The position numbers and the translations under genes are program-made. The notes beneath the pieces are model-generated. The model was not told where the DNA came from. It made no database searches and saw only the letters and a program-made list of their open reading frames with translations. Shown here piece after piece: positions 1-11,885 of a stretch of 64,000 nucleotides of DNA. Position 1 is the stretch's first letter. Every line of letters starts with the position of its first letter. The DNA comes from Antechinus flavipes (Eukaryota), in assembly GCF_016432865.1 (NCBI RefSeq), contig NC_067401.1, positions 284,828,001-284,892,000 of the forward strand, in the 5' to 3' direction.

Positions 1-95
1 ACTTGAGCTCCTTAAGGTCAAGCACTGCCTATATGTGATCCCCCTTCTAGTTGGCCCATTAGAGGCATTTAATAATTGCTTATTGAATGAAGGAA
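1..95 (+). mobile_element. L2 LINE 3' tail remnant
   Basis: 'gagctccttaagg...ggcatttaataattgcttattgaatgaa' resembles the L2 terminal motif. Confidence 0.45.
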
Positions 96-239
96 TTAAT
101 TAAAGGCATATACACACACACATACACACATATATGTATGTGTATATGTATTTATATGGTTATAAGGAATCAATGTATATAATGCAGTTTTTTGCCCTCT
201 AGGAGTTTACAATCGATATCATTGACTCTAGAGTTGTGA

Positions 240-560
240 CAGTAATACTGATTCACATCACGGAGTGTTTTGACAATTCATTAACTCATGAAGGTAATGA
301 ATGCATTTTGTAAATAAATTTAAAAATGCTGTTTTTAATGATCAAATGCCTGCATAAAATAAGCCACAATGACAACAAAGAAAAGAGAAAAGCTAAAAGC
401 TTTGCTTTGGAAAAGGAGAGTGGTATAATTAGTGTCTGATAAATGTGGCTGGGTGATTGAAAATAAATGAGATAAGTGGCTTCTTGGTGAAGAGAGCCAC
501 AGAAAGGGTAGATTAACACCCTGGGTGGGGGAGGAAGAGACAGCTGCATTGTACATGTAA
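240..560. promoter_or_regulatory. Repeat-free, CNE-like block
   Basis: No recognisable TE; complex sequence with homeobox-like TAAT/ATTA cores. Conservation is inferred, not measured. Confidence 0.3.
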
Positions 561-1120
561 GGTACCATAGAGCTATATCAAAATTTAATTCAAGGGTGGA
601 GATGAACATTGGGTGATCACAAATTCTAGGAAACACTAAATGTAATTATCACTCAGGTCCCCAGTCAAGAATACAGAGGTAAAATTGAAACAAAATAGCA
701 AAATGGCAATGGCTGATAACATAACACAATGGTGTGTAGGGGAGGGGAGGAAGAGTTCTCCTTCTTTTCTTTGGAGTCTTTGTTCTAGCCTAGTGTCTCA
801 TTTTAGTGCCTGGAATTATGTAGACAAGCTTCTTAGATATGGAGAGACAGATAAATGGGCAGGTAAAGAGCTCTAGATTTTAGGTTTTTTCTATGCTAAC
901 TGGTTGATGGACACAGTTTTGCTAAATGATAGTTTTTCCAAACAGATAAACAGGATGTCAAATCATCACAGGAGAAAAATGATGATCTTTTTTTATGTTC
1001 AGCCTGAACACACCCTGAGCAAAAGACTATCCTATCTTGGTTAATGGTGGCCATAGTGCAATTAAGTTGGAAATCATCATAGGTTTGCTTCCTTCTCAAT
1101 AGCCTTGAGAACCACACACA

Positions 1121-1252
1121 NNNNNNNNNNNNNNNNNNNNNNNNNNNNNNNNNNNNNNNNNNNNNNNNNNNNNNNNNNNNNNNNNNNNNNNNNNNNNNNN
1201 NNNNNNNNNNNNNNNNNNNNNNNNNNNNNNNNNNNNNNNNNNNNNNNNNNNN
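1121..1252. other. Undetermined or masked block of 132 N
   Basis: Run of N, counted directly. Confidence 0.99.
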
Positions 1253-1470
1253 GGCACAGATGGTTTATATACCTCTGAGCCAAAAACAAAAAAGAAAAAG
1301 GGGACAGTAAAGCTGGCATGATTAAACAGACAAGTATGAAAGTTTATTAGGATTAAAAAGGCATCTTTTAAAACATGAAAATCTGTCTCAAGAAACTAGC
1401 AAGATGGGTTAAAAGCAAATTAGAAAATCAAAGGGGCAAAGAGCTGAAATTAAAAAAAAATTCAACTAAT

Positions 1471-1682
1471 TACAGTGGTGAAGTTGGAGTCAAGAACTTT
1501 GATTTAAATAATGACTTAAGCACTTATTAGTTGTGTGACCCTGGGCAAGTCACTTAATCTCTTTATATATTGGACAAAATAATAGAACCTACTTCACTGG
1601 ACTGCAGGGAGAAACAAATGAGATAATTTATTGAAAGTGCTTCATAGACTTTAAAGTGTAGTATCAATGTGAGCTATTAATA
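1471..1682 (+). mobile_element. MIR (Ther-1) CORE-SINE
   Basis: Core 'tgtgaccctgggcaagtcacttaatctct' followed by a MIR-type tail. Confidence 0.7.
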
Positions 1683-1801
1683 GTAGTAACCTTGTATTCA
1701 TTATAAAATACAATATATGTATATATAAGTATTGACTGGACATGTAATTTCAAGACTATAAGGAACTCCTGTTGCAGAAGCTAACTACATCAATATAAAT
1801 C

Positions 1802-1838
1802 TATTAGGTCCTGCAATTTATTAGGTCCTGCAATTTAT
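1802..1838. repeat. 17-bp tandem duplication (tattaggtcctgcaatt x2)
   Basis: Exact direct repeat at 1802-1818 and 1819-1835. Confidence 0.95.
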
Positions 1839-2009
1839 GGGTTAGTAGCATGAGTTACTAACACCGTGCTATTAGATATAGCAACTCTACTTGAGAATGT
1901 GGGATAATATGTAACTTTCTGCACATTAAAAGATCCTCAGAATTTTGGATAAGCCAACTCAGTGGTATGAAATCTATATTTAAGGAATCATATAATGTTA
2001 CTTACTAAC

Positions 2010-2155
2010 TCACTAACCTGTGACCATCCCTGTTTGCCATAGTTCTTTGACTGTAAAATGAACTTGAGAGGAAAATGGTAAATCACTTCAGTATCTTTGT
2101 CAAGAAAATCCCAAAATGAGTTCATGAAGATTTAGACATGACTGAACAATAATAA
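2010..2155 (+). mobile_element. Mar1-type SINE, 3' half
   Basis: 'aaatggtaaatcacttcagtatctttgtcaagaaaatcccaaaat...gacatgactgaacaa' matches the Mar1 RTE-derived tail. Confidence 0.75.
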
Positions 2156-3437
2156 TACCACCACCGCAATGGTATAGAGTTGATTAAACCTACTCTGAGA
2201 GGGTTAGACCTCCATATCTTCTCAGAGGAAAAGAAAAATTATGCTCTTGCCAACTGACATTTTATATAAAAGTAAATAAATATTCAAACTACAATCCTGC
2301 AAAAAAGTGTGATAATTTATTTAGAGCTTTACAAATCCAAGTAATTCATTTAGCATTTCACCAATTCCTTCAGAAGACACCTGTGAGGAAAATAAATAAG
2401 AAGAGTCAAAGCAAAAAATCTTCCTGGAGATGAAGAACCTAGATAAGTAGTGAATGGGTGGGTATCCCTCAAAGGACAGGTAATTTAATGCTAGCTCTCT
2501 AGGGTTGTATTAGGACTGGTCACATAATATGTTGATTGCTTGTTGCAAAGAATGGGATGGAAATGTGGGGGAAGATTGCTTTGGTTGGTAAAAACCAAAA
2601 GGCTATGAAAAACTTAGTAAGAAATTTATATATGATGAACTTATCTGATTTCAGCTATCATTCCATTCGGTCAGCTTTTAGGCAGCACACACAAGCAAAC
2701 ATTGTGACTTTTTTTGTTAGTAAGTGGACATGTATTTATTAAGCTCTTACAGTGTTCCTGATACTGTTCTTGGCAGTGGGATTACAAGAAGAAAGAATGA
2801 TTCTTATTTATAATTAATTTACTTTCTAATGGGAACAAGACTCAATAATAGCTTGGATATGTGGAGCATGAGTGAAGAGAGAAGCTTGATATTGTCATAT
2901 ACCCTGTATACATTGAATTTGCAAATTCTCTAGAGAAAGAATTAGTAGAGCCTATAAAGCAAATCCATGGCATTGGCTGTTTAGGGCACAAAAAAAGCTT
3001 TTAAATGCCTAATAAGCTTAAAACAAGTAGAGCACAGCACATCAAACAACTAAGATATTAGGAGCATATCCATTTTGCATGCATTAACTCCATTTTATGT
3101 TACCTGAACTTTTTGGTTAAATCTAAAACTAAAAAATATTTAAATTAAAAATAAAATTTATAAGTGACATGGAGGTCAGTTAGGAATTAGGCTTAAGTGA
3201 ACCTATTAATTCAGGTCTACAAAGTGAATCAAGAGTAACTCTTTGCTATTACTGAAAAGTGAATGAAGGAAGAGTAAAGACAAACAGCATTACAGAATGC
3301 TTCAATTCAAGAAACATATAGAGGACTTCCAGAATCAGCTACTGATGAGAGTGACCAGATTAAATGTAGTGATTGAGAATTTTAGAAATCATGGATAATT
3401 TAGCCTAGTTGTCAGTGGTATCCCTCTCCCTTCAAGT

Positions 3438-3470
<33 letters not shown>
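3438..3470. repeat. (TC)n microsatellite
   Basis: Directly visible. Confidence 0.95.
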
Positions 3471-3589
3471 AATCCATCTTTAACATGACTGTCAAAAAGA
3501 TTAGTCTAGTTTTCTTCTCATCTCTAAGCTCATATCATCAATAGAAATATCTCCACTGTAGATGGACTCATTGTACCTGACCAATGTAA

Positions 3590-3695
3590 GAGCTTTTTGA
3601 ATTCATATTGGTCTGATTAGCCACAGTCAGACACACTGTGCCATGACATAGTGATGTCATTTCAGTCTTCTTGAATGAAGGGCAAGAACCAGCCA
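3590..3695 (+). mobile_element. RTE-type 3' end fragment
   Basis: 'gtgatgtcatttcagtcttcttgaatgaagggcaag' resembles the tail also seen at 38401-38605. Confidence 0.45.
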
Positions 3696-3860
3696 ACTAA
3701 TCATTAGTTGCCTGTTGGACATTTCTAACTGGATATCCCATAAATATCTTAAATGTATCATGTTCCAAATGGAAATCATTCCCTTCTATTTCCCAAGTCA
3801 TCAATCTTCAAAGCATCCCAGTTTCTCTTGAGGAGACCACTATCTTAGGTTGGACTGGAT

Positions 3861-4130
3861 CAGGAGTTCTTAATCCGTTTTGTGTCTTGGGCAACTTTGG
3901 CATTCTGATGAAGCCTGTAGATACCTTCTTGGAATAATGTTTTGTTGCGCACATTCATAATTAAAGTAGACATAAAAATTGTCCAAAGATTCATTGTTAT
4001 GTGCCAATCATACTTTTCAATATGCAGAAAATTTAAATTGGTTTTATATGTATCTAAGTGGTTATTATATGCTCAAGATATTCCCATGGTATTAAAAAAA
4101 ACCCCAAACAATGGGGTCCAGCAATCTTTT
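3861..4130 (+). mobile_element. hAT (Charlie-like) non-autonomous DNA transposon
   Basis: Starts 'caggagttcttaatcc...gaagcctgtaga..cttcttggaataatgttt'; related copy at 50042 and a probable 3' piece at 4570-4650. Confidence 0.6.
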
Positions 4131-4679
4131 CAGAAACCTTATATAAGTATTAATAACATCAGGCAGGATGGATACAGTGGAATATTACACAAGTAGGAGT
4201 AGGAAGTGAAGATTTACTCATCAAGGAATAGATAGGAGAAGGGGAAGATCTGTATGAGATGAAATTATAAATCGAACTATAAACTCTAGGGATAAAGCTG
4301 GAATTTGCAAACTAAATAGAATCATTAACCTTAAAGCTAGTTACTTGACATGATCATCGTAAGTGAATGGAGATAATAAAACGGAACCAGAAATTTTCTT
4401 TACTAACCATTTAAACAATTGAATTAAAGTTTGACAACTCAGTTAAATTCTGTAAGCTTTAGCTGGTGATATGGCTTGCTTTCTCAAACAAATGGAATTA
4501 ATAAAGCCAAAGTAAAATTTTTCTTATAATAAAAGAAATGCTAAATTCCAGCTGAAGCTTAGTGAAAGTAAAATGTAGTTTTCCCCTATCCATGTTCATG
4601 GATTCTTTGAAATCTATCCATAGATTACTTGGGATTAAGACCTCCATGATGGCCAATTAAATTTTTAGATTCTGTTACT

Positions 4680-5725
4680 TTTCCCATCCATTAAAGTTTG
4701 CAATCTCAGAATCATTGTTAATCCTTCTCTCTTATTCACCTATGTTAGTCAGAGGCAAGTATTGTTAATTCTATGTCTTTAATATCCCATATCCTTTCTC
4801 TCTACTTAGTCAAAATTGAAGTTCAGACCATCATCAAATCTCAACTAGATTTTTGCAGTGACTTTTTATTTAGCTTTCTCTCTTTCCACTCCCCACTCCA
4901 TGTAAAATAATTTACCTAAAGCACAGATCTGATCATGTCATTCCCTTTCTCAAGGAATTCTAATGGGACTTCTTCCCTTTAGAATGAAATACAAACTCTG
5001 TTTTGGATTTAAGTTCCTTGACAATCTGGGTCTGACCTACTTTTATAGATTTACCACATATTACTTCCTTTTATGTATTCTCCTTTATACAATTGAGTGG
5101 TTTTCCTTGCACTCAACATTCTATCATTTCGCACCTCAGTGGGTGGGAATAGGCTGTCCCCTGTTCTTAGAATGCACTTCCTTTTCACTTCTTTCAAAGT
5201 TCAAGTTAACTGCTTCTTCCTTTCTGAAGCCTTTCTTTATCTATCATCCAGTTACTTAGGTACACTTAAATACCATTACTTTGTGTCTATTTTGAATTTA
5301 CTTATGTTTTCTTCAATATAATAGAATCTCTTTGCTGACAAGGATTGGTTTTTTTTTTTTTTTTGTCTTTATATCTGCAACTCTAATATATATCACAATG
5401 AATGACACATTTCTTGTTCAGTAGTTCAATCAGATGTAACTCTCCCTGACCTTTTGGACAAGTATATGAGATTTTCTTGGCAAGCTACTAGAGTAGTTTG
5501 CCATTTCCTTCTCCAATGTGCCCCCATTTTACAGATGAGGAATTGAAGTAAAATGGAGTTAAGTTATTTGCCCAAGATAATACAGCTAATATGTCTAAGG
5601 CTGGATTTGATTTCAGATCTTCCTGACTCTAGGCCCAGTGCTCTATCCATTGCACCTCCTAATTGCTCTAACTGACACCTAGTTGGTGCTTAATAAATAC
5701 TTATTGAATAAATAAATGAATGAAC
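4680..5725 (+). mobile_element. L2 LINE 3' region, interrupted by a Mar1 SINE
   Basis: L2-type pyrimidine-rich body and terminal 'ggtgcttaataaatacttattgaat..gaatgaa'. Confidence 0.7.
5413..5668 (-). mobile_element. Mar1-type SINE nested in L2
   Basis: 'ttttcttggcaag..actagagtagtttgccatttccttctcc..acagatgagg' plus reverse core and tRNA-like head. Confidence 0.8.
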
Positions 5726-5879
5726 AAATGCATAGGTTTGATACTTGTTAACAAAATATTTTTTTACAATGGCTTCCATTGCTTATATTTTAAAATACAG
5801 ACTCCCTGGAATTTAAGACTCCACAATATAGTGCCAATCATTTTTACTGTTGTAATTTACATGTTTCACCTAGAATGCA

Positions 5880-6112
5880 CATGTGGTACAGTGGCCAGAC
5901 GGTTGGGCCAGAAACAAGAAAGACCTAAATTCAAATTCAGCTTCAGGCATTAGCAATGTGATGGATTATCACTTAATCTCTATTTCCTCAACTATAAAAT
6001 GAAGAGAATAATAGCACCTATCTCCCAGGGACATTGTGGGGATCAAATGAGATTCTTCAAAGTGTGTAGGACAATATCTGACACATAATAAACATTTAAT
6101 AAATGTTGCTTT
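5880..6112 (+). mobile_element. MIR SINE
   Basis: Head 'gtggtacagtggccaga', core, and tail 'aataatagcacctatctcccaggg...gggatcaaatgaga'. Confidence 0.75.
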
Positions 6113-6129
6113 CTTTCCTTTACTCTTCC

Positions 6130-6585
6130 TTTATATGTTCTATATTCCAGTCAACTTTAATTACTAACTCTTCCTTAATTTTTTCCTGAATCTCTTGTGA
6201 CTTCTTGCAAGCTATGCCATCCCTACCTCACCCCCCAAGCTGGTAATGTATTCCTTTCACATATTTCTGCTTGTTAAAACCCTTCAAAGTCCAGCTCAGG
6301 GTTTTTCTTCAGGGAATTTTCTCTAGTCCCTGAAATGAAAGTGATCTATTCTTCCTTGATTTTCTTATAACTTTTCATATCTTCTTTATCTCTATCATTC
6401 TACTTTGCATCATAAAATTTGGGTCTATATCTTATCCTTATCCCCATTTTTTTCTTTGCCTTAGCCTTTCTCCATACCTTAGATTCTAAACACCTAGATG
6501 TCAGGGACTTTGTAGTTCTTCATTATATAGCTAATACCTTTCATGTAATAGCCATTTAATAAATGTTTGTTGAGTTGATTTGACT
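6130..6585 (+). mobile_element. L2 LINE 3' fragment
   Basis: Ends 'catttaataaatgtttgttgagttgatttgact'. Confidence 0.55.
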
Positions 6586-7597
6586 GGTGAATAAGAGCTG
6601 TGATATGTTGTTTTTCTACCAAGATAATCACATCTCATTCTTTAGCTTTGAAATTGATGAGTTTTCTGATTGGAAAAACAATATTGCTTTCTTTTCTAAT
6701 GCATGATGCTCATCAGGCATACTTCAAAAAAGTAGACAATTTAGTTTACTTTCAAGGGTGTGGAAAACAATTAAATTATTCAGATATTTATTAAACACCT
6801 ACAACATGCATGATTCTGTGCTAGGCACTGGATAAAATGGTAGTGTTGGGGAAAATGGGGATGGAGAAATTGGTAACTTTATGTACTCATAGAGTTTATA
6901 ATTTAGCTAACAGAAAAGTTATAAAATATACTCGTTGCTAGTAGGGTGATTTAGTTTCTCTTTAATGGCAAGGATCAAATAGGAATTGAAGAATTTATGA
7001 ATGGAATGCATTGTCATTGGAAATGACCTGAATGATTCCATTGACTTGGAGCCAATGGAACAACAGACTGCCACAATGGGACTTAACAAAATCAAGAATT
7101 ACATATTTTATAGTCTGAATAACTTCAGAAATATCATTGCATCAGCGATGTCACTATCTCCCTCCCTCACCGTGTTCCTTTCTTCAGATGTATGTAATAG
7201 ACAGCAAAAGATAATGTTCCCTCAAATCATAACATTCAAAACAGTATTTAAAGAAAGATAAAAAGTCAGAACTTAGGGAATTCATAGTAAAAGAGGACAG
7301 ACCCACCATACCATGAATGGATGAGTAGAAAGCATTAGTATTTTGAACTTTAAATCAAGATGATGGGATTTATTGTCATTTCAGAAAGTTGGAAGAAAGC
7401 CTCAGGCTCCTGAGGGAGTAGGATTTTAGGGTTTTATTTTTAAATGTATTGAGTTAAAATAAAACATGATATAACAATATGGAGGGAATGTTTTGAATTC
7501 AACTGTTTCCTCCTATTCCTTCCCTCTAAGCAGGTATAGTTCACCTCAATCTGTTTCACCCAGTTACCCATTTAGGGCAACCTATTTATACTTTGTT

Positions 7598-7735
7598 ATT
7601 ATGGTTATTTAGTCATGTCTGACTCTTCATGATCCCATTTGGGGTTTTCTTGGCAAAGGTACTGGAGTGATTTGCCATTTCTTTCTCTAGCTCATTTTAT
7701 AGAGGAGGAAACTGAGGCAAACAGAGTTATAATAC
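7598..7735 (-). mobile_element. Mar1-type SINE, 3' half
   Basis: 'gtcatgtctgactcttcatgatcccatttggggttttcttggcaaaggtactggagtgatttgcc'. Confidence 0.85.
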
Positions 7736-7888
7736 CTTGGAAACAAACAGGGTTTCAAATCCCAAATGTTTAGTCAGTAGCCTGGTAAAGGTGGCACTAG
7801 TTTTGCCTTCTTTCATGTATGGGGGGGAAACAAATATAATTGGTTATATTTTTACTATTAGCATAAAAAAAAGATATTCCAGAGTATA

Positions 7889-8095
7889 GGGCAGCTAGGA
7901 GGGGCTGTGGATAGAGTGGGCCTGAAGTCAGAAAGACTCATCTTTTGAATTCAAATCTGGCCTCAGACACTTACTAGCTATATGACACAGAACAAGTTTT
8001 TTCACCTTATTTGCCTCAGTTTCCTCATCTATCAAATGAGCTGGAGAAGAAAATGGCAAACCACTCCAGTATCTTTACCAAGAAAACCCCAAACC
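7889..8095 (+). mobile_element. Mar1-type SINE
   Basis: 'gggcagctagg...gtggatagag...ttcaaatctggcctcagacacttactagc...tgagctggagaagaaaatggcaaaccactccagtatc'. Confidence 0.9.
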
Positions 8096-8214
8096 CAGAA
8101 AAGCTCAGAGTGTAGTAGCCTGAGAGCTGTCCTAAAAGCCAGGAATATTTGTGTTCAACTACTCCCTTTGACATCTACTGGTAAGTCATTTAATCTTTCA
8201 CTGTTCTAGGTCAA

Positions 8215-8407
8215 AGAGGGTCAGCAAAACTCTGGAGTGTGGGTATAGACCCAAATGAAATGGAATTGGGAAATATTTTACAAAATAAATAAAAATATAA
8301 TACAACAAAATATAATACAATAATAAAAATATATTGCAACATTTGTGATTTTCTAAGTTAATGTGTGGCCCCAAAGCATCCTTTTCTATTTGAGTTTAAT
8401 ACCACTA
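8215..8407. mobile_element. hAT-type MITE
   Basis: Degenerate terminal inverted repeats (gagggtcagcaaaac ... gtttaataccact) around an AT-rich interior. Confidence 0.5.
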
Positions 8408-8444
8408 TAGTCTAAGTAAATCTTTAAGACTTTAAACTGCACAT

Positions 8445-8592
8445 ATTTAACCTATATCAGATTGCTTTCTGTCTGAGGGAAGAGAGAGTTAAGGGAGGGA
8501 GGGAGAAAAATTTGGAACACAAAGTTTTACAAAAAGAAATGTTGAAAACTATCTTTACATGTATTTGTAAAAATAAAATGCTATTTAAAAAA
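8445..8592 (+). mobile_element. Marsupial L1 3' end
   Basis: 'gggagggagggagaaaaatttggaacacaaagttttacaaaaa..aatgttgaaaactatctttacatgtattt..aaaataaaatgctatttaaaaaa'. Confidence 0.75.
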
Positions 8593-10149
8593 GACTTTAA
8601 GCTACTAGAGAATCTGTTGACTTTGTGAATAGAAAGCATTTCCTCCTCTGGGAGTTCCGTATCCTAAAATCATAAGCCTGGATTGTATCTCAGTATATTT
8701 CAAAATGTTAGGGGGAAATTCCATTGAAAAGTACTTGTGGCAAATACTAGTCACTTATACGTATATAGCAATGTAAAGCTTGAAAATCTCTTTAATACAT
8801 TATTTTATATGATTTTGAAAATTATATTTTATTTGTATGATTCTTAAAACAGCCCATATAGTGAAAGGTAAAAGGGGTCCTCATTTTAGAAGAAGAAAAA
8901 CTAAGATCCAGAGGGGGAAGAGATTGGACCTACATGTTTCATCTAGAACTGGTCCAGTAATTCTGCACTCCATGTCCTGTCCTGCCTCTGTTTCTGCTTT
9001 GCCATCTTTGCATGTAGGTGGCCAGAGGGGGTTCTGAGGTATCTTTTAGAATTGAGTTCATTGTTCTGCCAAATTCTGTGAAAATCTAGCTTGCTGTTTT
9101 TTTTTCATCCTCACTAGTTCACTAGTGCTAACCAGAATTTTATTCCTGGGAATCAAAATTTCACTTCCTGAAGGTGGGGAGCATAACAGAGCCGACTGTT
9201 TCTGCTTCTGTTCTCTTTCCCAATAGATCTGCTTTTGTCACTGCCTCACACTTTTTTTTTTTTTTTTTTTTTTTACCGTGCCCCTCATTGTCCCCCTCAT
9301 GGTAGACCATGCATTGGAGATCAAAAAGTCAGTCAGACTTTTCCTTGGATTTCCTTGGGTTGTGGATTAGGGATGTGTGCAGTCCCAGAAGCTGGGTTAC
9401 CTGTTAAGGACTATACTACATCTTTTGTCTTGAGGCTTTCTCCTTACTCTCATCCCACAAAATCCCCAAACCTTCAACAAATTTTTAGCAATTTGCCCAG
9501 GGGACAGATAACAAAAATAGGATTTGAACTCTTGTCCTCTTAAACCAAATCTAGAACTCTTTACTACGCACCTGATTACTATTCTTCCTACTCCCTTCTG
9601 CTCTTCTGTTATTTAGGAGATAACATAGAGAGGTCAGAGATAATTTTTATAAAGTTCTACTCTTCTCATTAAAGATTTGTGTATCTGAGGGAGAATGATG
9701 AGTTCTGGGACTGGGTAGGAGATAGCATTGTTTTATTGATTTATTTACATAACTATTTAATTTCTTTGTTTTGAACTAACCATGTCATCTTATCAGCAAA
9801 AGTGGAATATACAAAATATACAAAAAGTGGAAGGTTGGAGAAGAATCAACCTAGGGAAGCTCTTTGCTAGACAGCTCAGGAGGCTGCCACCAAATTCTGG
9901 ATTTGAAAGGATTTTAGCCTCAGTGTATAAGAAGAAAATTTACTTACAATAAAAGAAAAATCATCAAATAGTATGTAAATCAGCAATGATCCAATCAGAG
10001 TATCCAAAATTTCATAATGCCCCACTGAATCTCAAGGTTCTACCATCACTAGATGGATCTGATTCCATGTATTGCTCATCCTCTGTGGGCATAGTCTAAC
10101 TTTGTGATTCCGCAGATAGAAATAATTCTCCATCATGGCCAAATACACT

Positions 10150-10505
10150 GTCAATACGAACAAGCATTTCTTAAGCACCTACCATGTGCTGAAATACTGT
10201 GGTAAGCACTGGGGATTCAAAGAAAGGCAAAAAATTCAGTCCTTTAAGGGAGCTTACAATCTAATGGAGTGACAACATATAAACAACTATGGACAAATAA
10301 GATTTTTACAGGATAAATTAGGAATAACCAACAGAGAAGGTTGGTTTATAGAGTATCGGGAAAAGCTTCTTGTAGAAGGTCGAGTGTTGGCTGAGACTTG
10401 AAGGAAGCCAGGGAAGTCAGGAGGTGGACATAGGGAGGTAGAGAGTTCCAAACATGGTGGACAGTCAATGAAAATGCAGCCAGGAAATGGAATGTTCTGT
10501 ACAAG
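10150..10505 (-). mobile_element. L2 LINE 3' fragment
   Basis: 'caagcatttcttaagcacctaccatgtgc...gggagcttacaatctaatgg' is the reverse L2 tail. Confidence 0.7.
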
Positions 10506-10794
10506 GATTTCTCACTTTCTTTTCATTCATCTTTCACTTGAGCCTAGAAGAGTTCTTTGCTTACTTTTCTGGCCTCCACCCTGGCTTTTACAGCTCTCTA
10601 GAGACAGTCTTCAGGAAAAGTTTAAAGACTTCTGGAGCCTCAAATCCAAAGATTGAGCCAAAATACATACAGAGAAAAAAGGACCATTTATCTCTAAAAT
10701 TGACCTTGTGTTATAATATTTCCATGATTTGGATCAATTGATTCAATGATTTGGAGCAATTAATATAGCATATATTTTCATAGTTTGGATCAAT

Positions 10795-11285
10795 AATAAT
10801 AGTAATTAATATAAGCATTTATATAGAACTTACCATGTGTTCGGAACTTTACAATTATTATCTCATTTGATCCTGAGAAGGAGGTGTGGTTATTATCCCC
10901 ATTTTTGTTGTTGTTACTCAGTCATATCAGACCTCTATGTCCCCATGGACCATAGTGCTCCAGGTCCTGTCCTCCACTATCTCTCAAAGTCTAAGTTCCT
11001 TTTAGGACACTCTCTATCTCACCCTCTGTCTTCCCCTTCAATCTTTCCCAACATCGGGATTTTTTCCCAATAAGTCCCATCTTCTCATTATATGACCAAA
11101 GTATTTCAGCTTTAACTTTTATATTTGAACTTATAGTGGATAGCCTGAATTAATTTCTTTACATAATGACTGAAATTGAGGCAAACAGATTTGCCCAGAG
11201 TCACATAGCTACTATGTTCCTAAGGGCAGATTTGAATTCAGGTCTTCCTAATTTAGGACTGGAATTTTATCCATTGTGCCATATA
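10795..11285 (-). mobile_element. MIR split by a BovB-like insertion
   Basis: MIR tail at 10795-10905 resumes at about 11170 ('gaaattgaggcaaacag..ttgcccagagtcacatagct'). Confidence 0.75.
10906..11170 (-). mobile_element. BovB-like RTE LINE 3' fragment
   Basis: 'ccccatggacc..ccagg..cctgtcctccact...ccttcaatctttcccaacatcggg..tttttcccaataagtc...gaccaaagtatt..agcttt' follows the reverse BovB 3' end as I recall it. Confidence 0.8.
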
Positions 11286-11315
11286 TTGCCTCACTTTCTA
11301 TGTGCTAGGCACTGT

Positions 11316-11562
11316 ATTTTGTTGTTGGTTATTTCAGTTGCATTTGACTCTTGTGATCCCATTGGGAGTTTTCTTGGTAAAAAGACTGGAGTGATTGTGA
11401 TTTCCTTCTCCAATTCATGTTGCTGATGAGGAAACTGAGGCAAACAGGGTGAAGGGAATTGCTCAGGATCACAAAGCTAGTAAGAATCTGAGGCCATATT
11501 TGGAACTCAGGTCTTCCTGAGGTCAGGTTGGGTACTCTCTCCACTCTTCCACCCAGTTGCCC
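11316..11562 (-). mobile_element. Near full-length Mar1-type SINE nested in L2
   Basis: Tail, core and head all present; L2 tail sequence on both sides. Confidence 0.9.
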
Positions 11563-11789
11563 TGGGCACTGTTCTAAGTTCCAATGATACAAAAATGAAA
11601 TACTTTCTCTCTGGAGAGAAGATTCTGTTCATATTATATATAGGGAGGTAACATGTATTACAATATTATTTTAAGTTTATGCAAAATAAATACAAGATAA
11701 TTTAGAAGGGAAGCATTGAGTAATTTGGAGGTGGGGAGGGAGAATCAGGAAAAGCTACATGTGGGAGAGGATACTTTAGCTTCCTTTGA

Positions 11790-11885
11790 AGGAAAAGGCA
11801 AACCACTCTAGTATCATTGCTAAGAAAACCCCAAATGGGGTCATGAAGAGTCAGACATGAATGAAAAATAATTGAACAACAATAA
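11790..11885 (+). mobile_element. Mar1-type SINE tail
   Basis: 'ggcaaaccactctagtatcattgctaagaaaaccccaaatggggtcatgaagagtcagacatga'. Confidence 0.8.

Noticed and set aside
286-636. 116-aa and 77-aa minus-strand ORFs
   Set aside because: No splice or homology support and no recognisable domain; length is within chance expectation.
1253-1274. 'RYINHL' as bHLH helix 2
   Set aside because: Only six residues, reading frame unknown, and no basic region or helix 1 visible.
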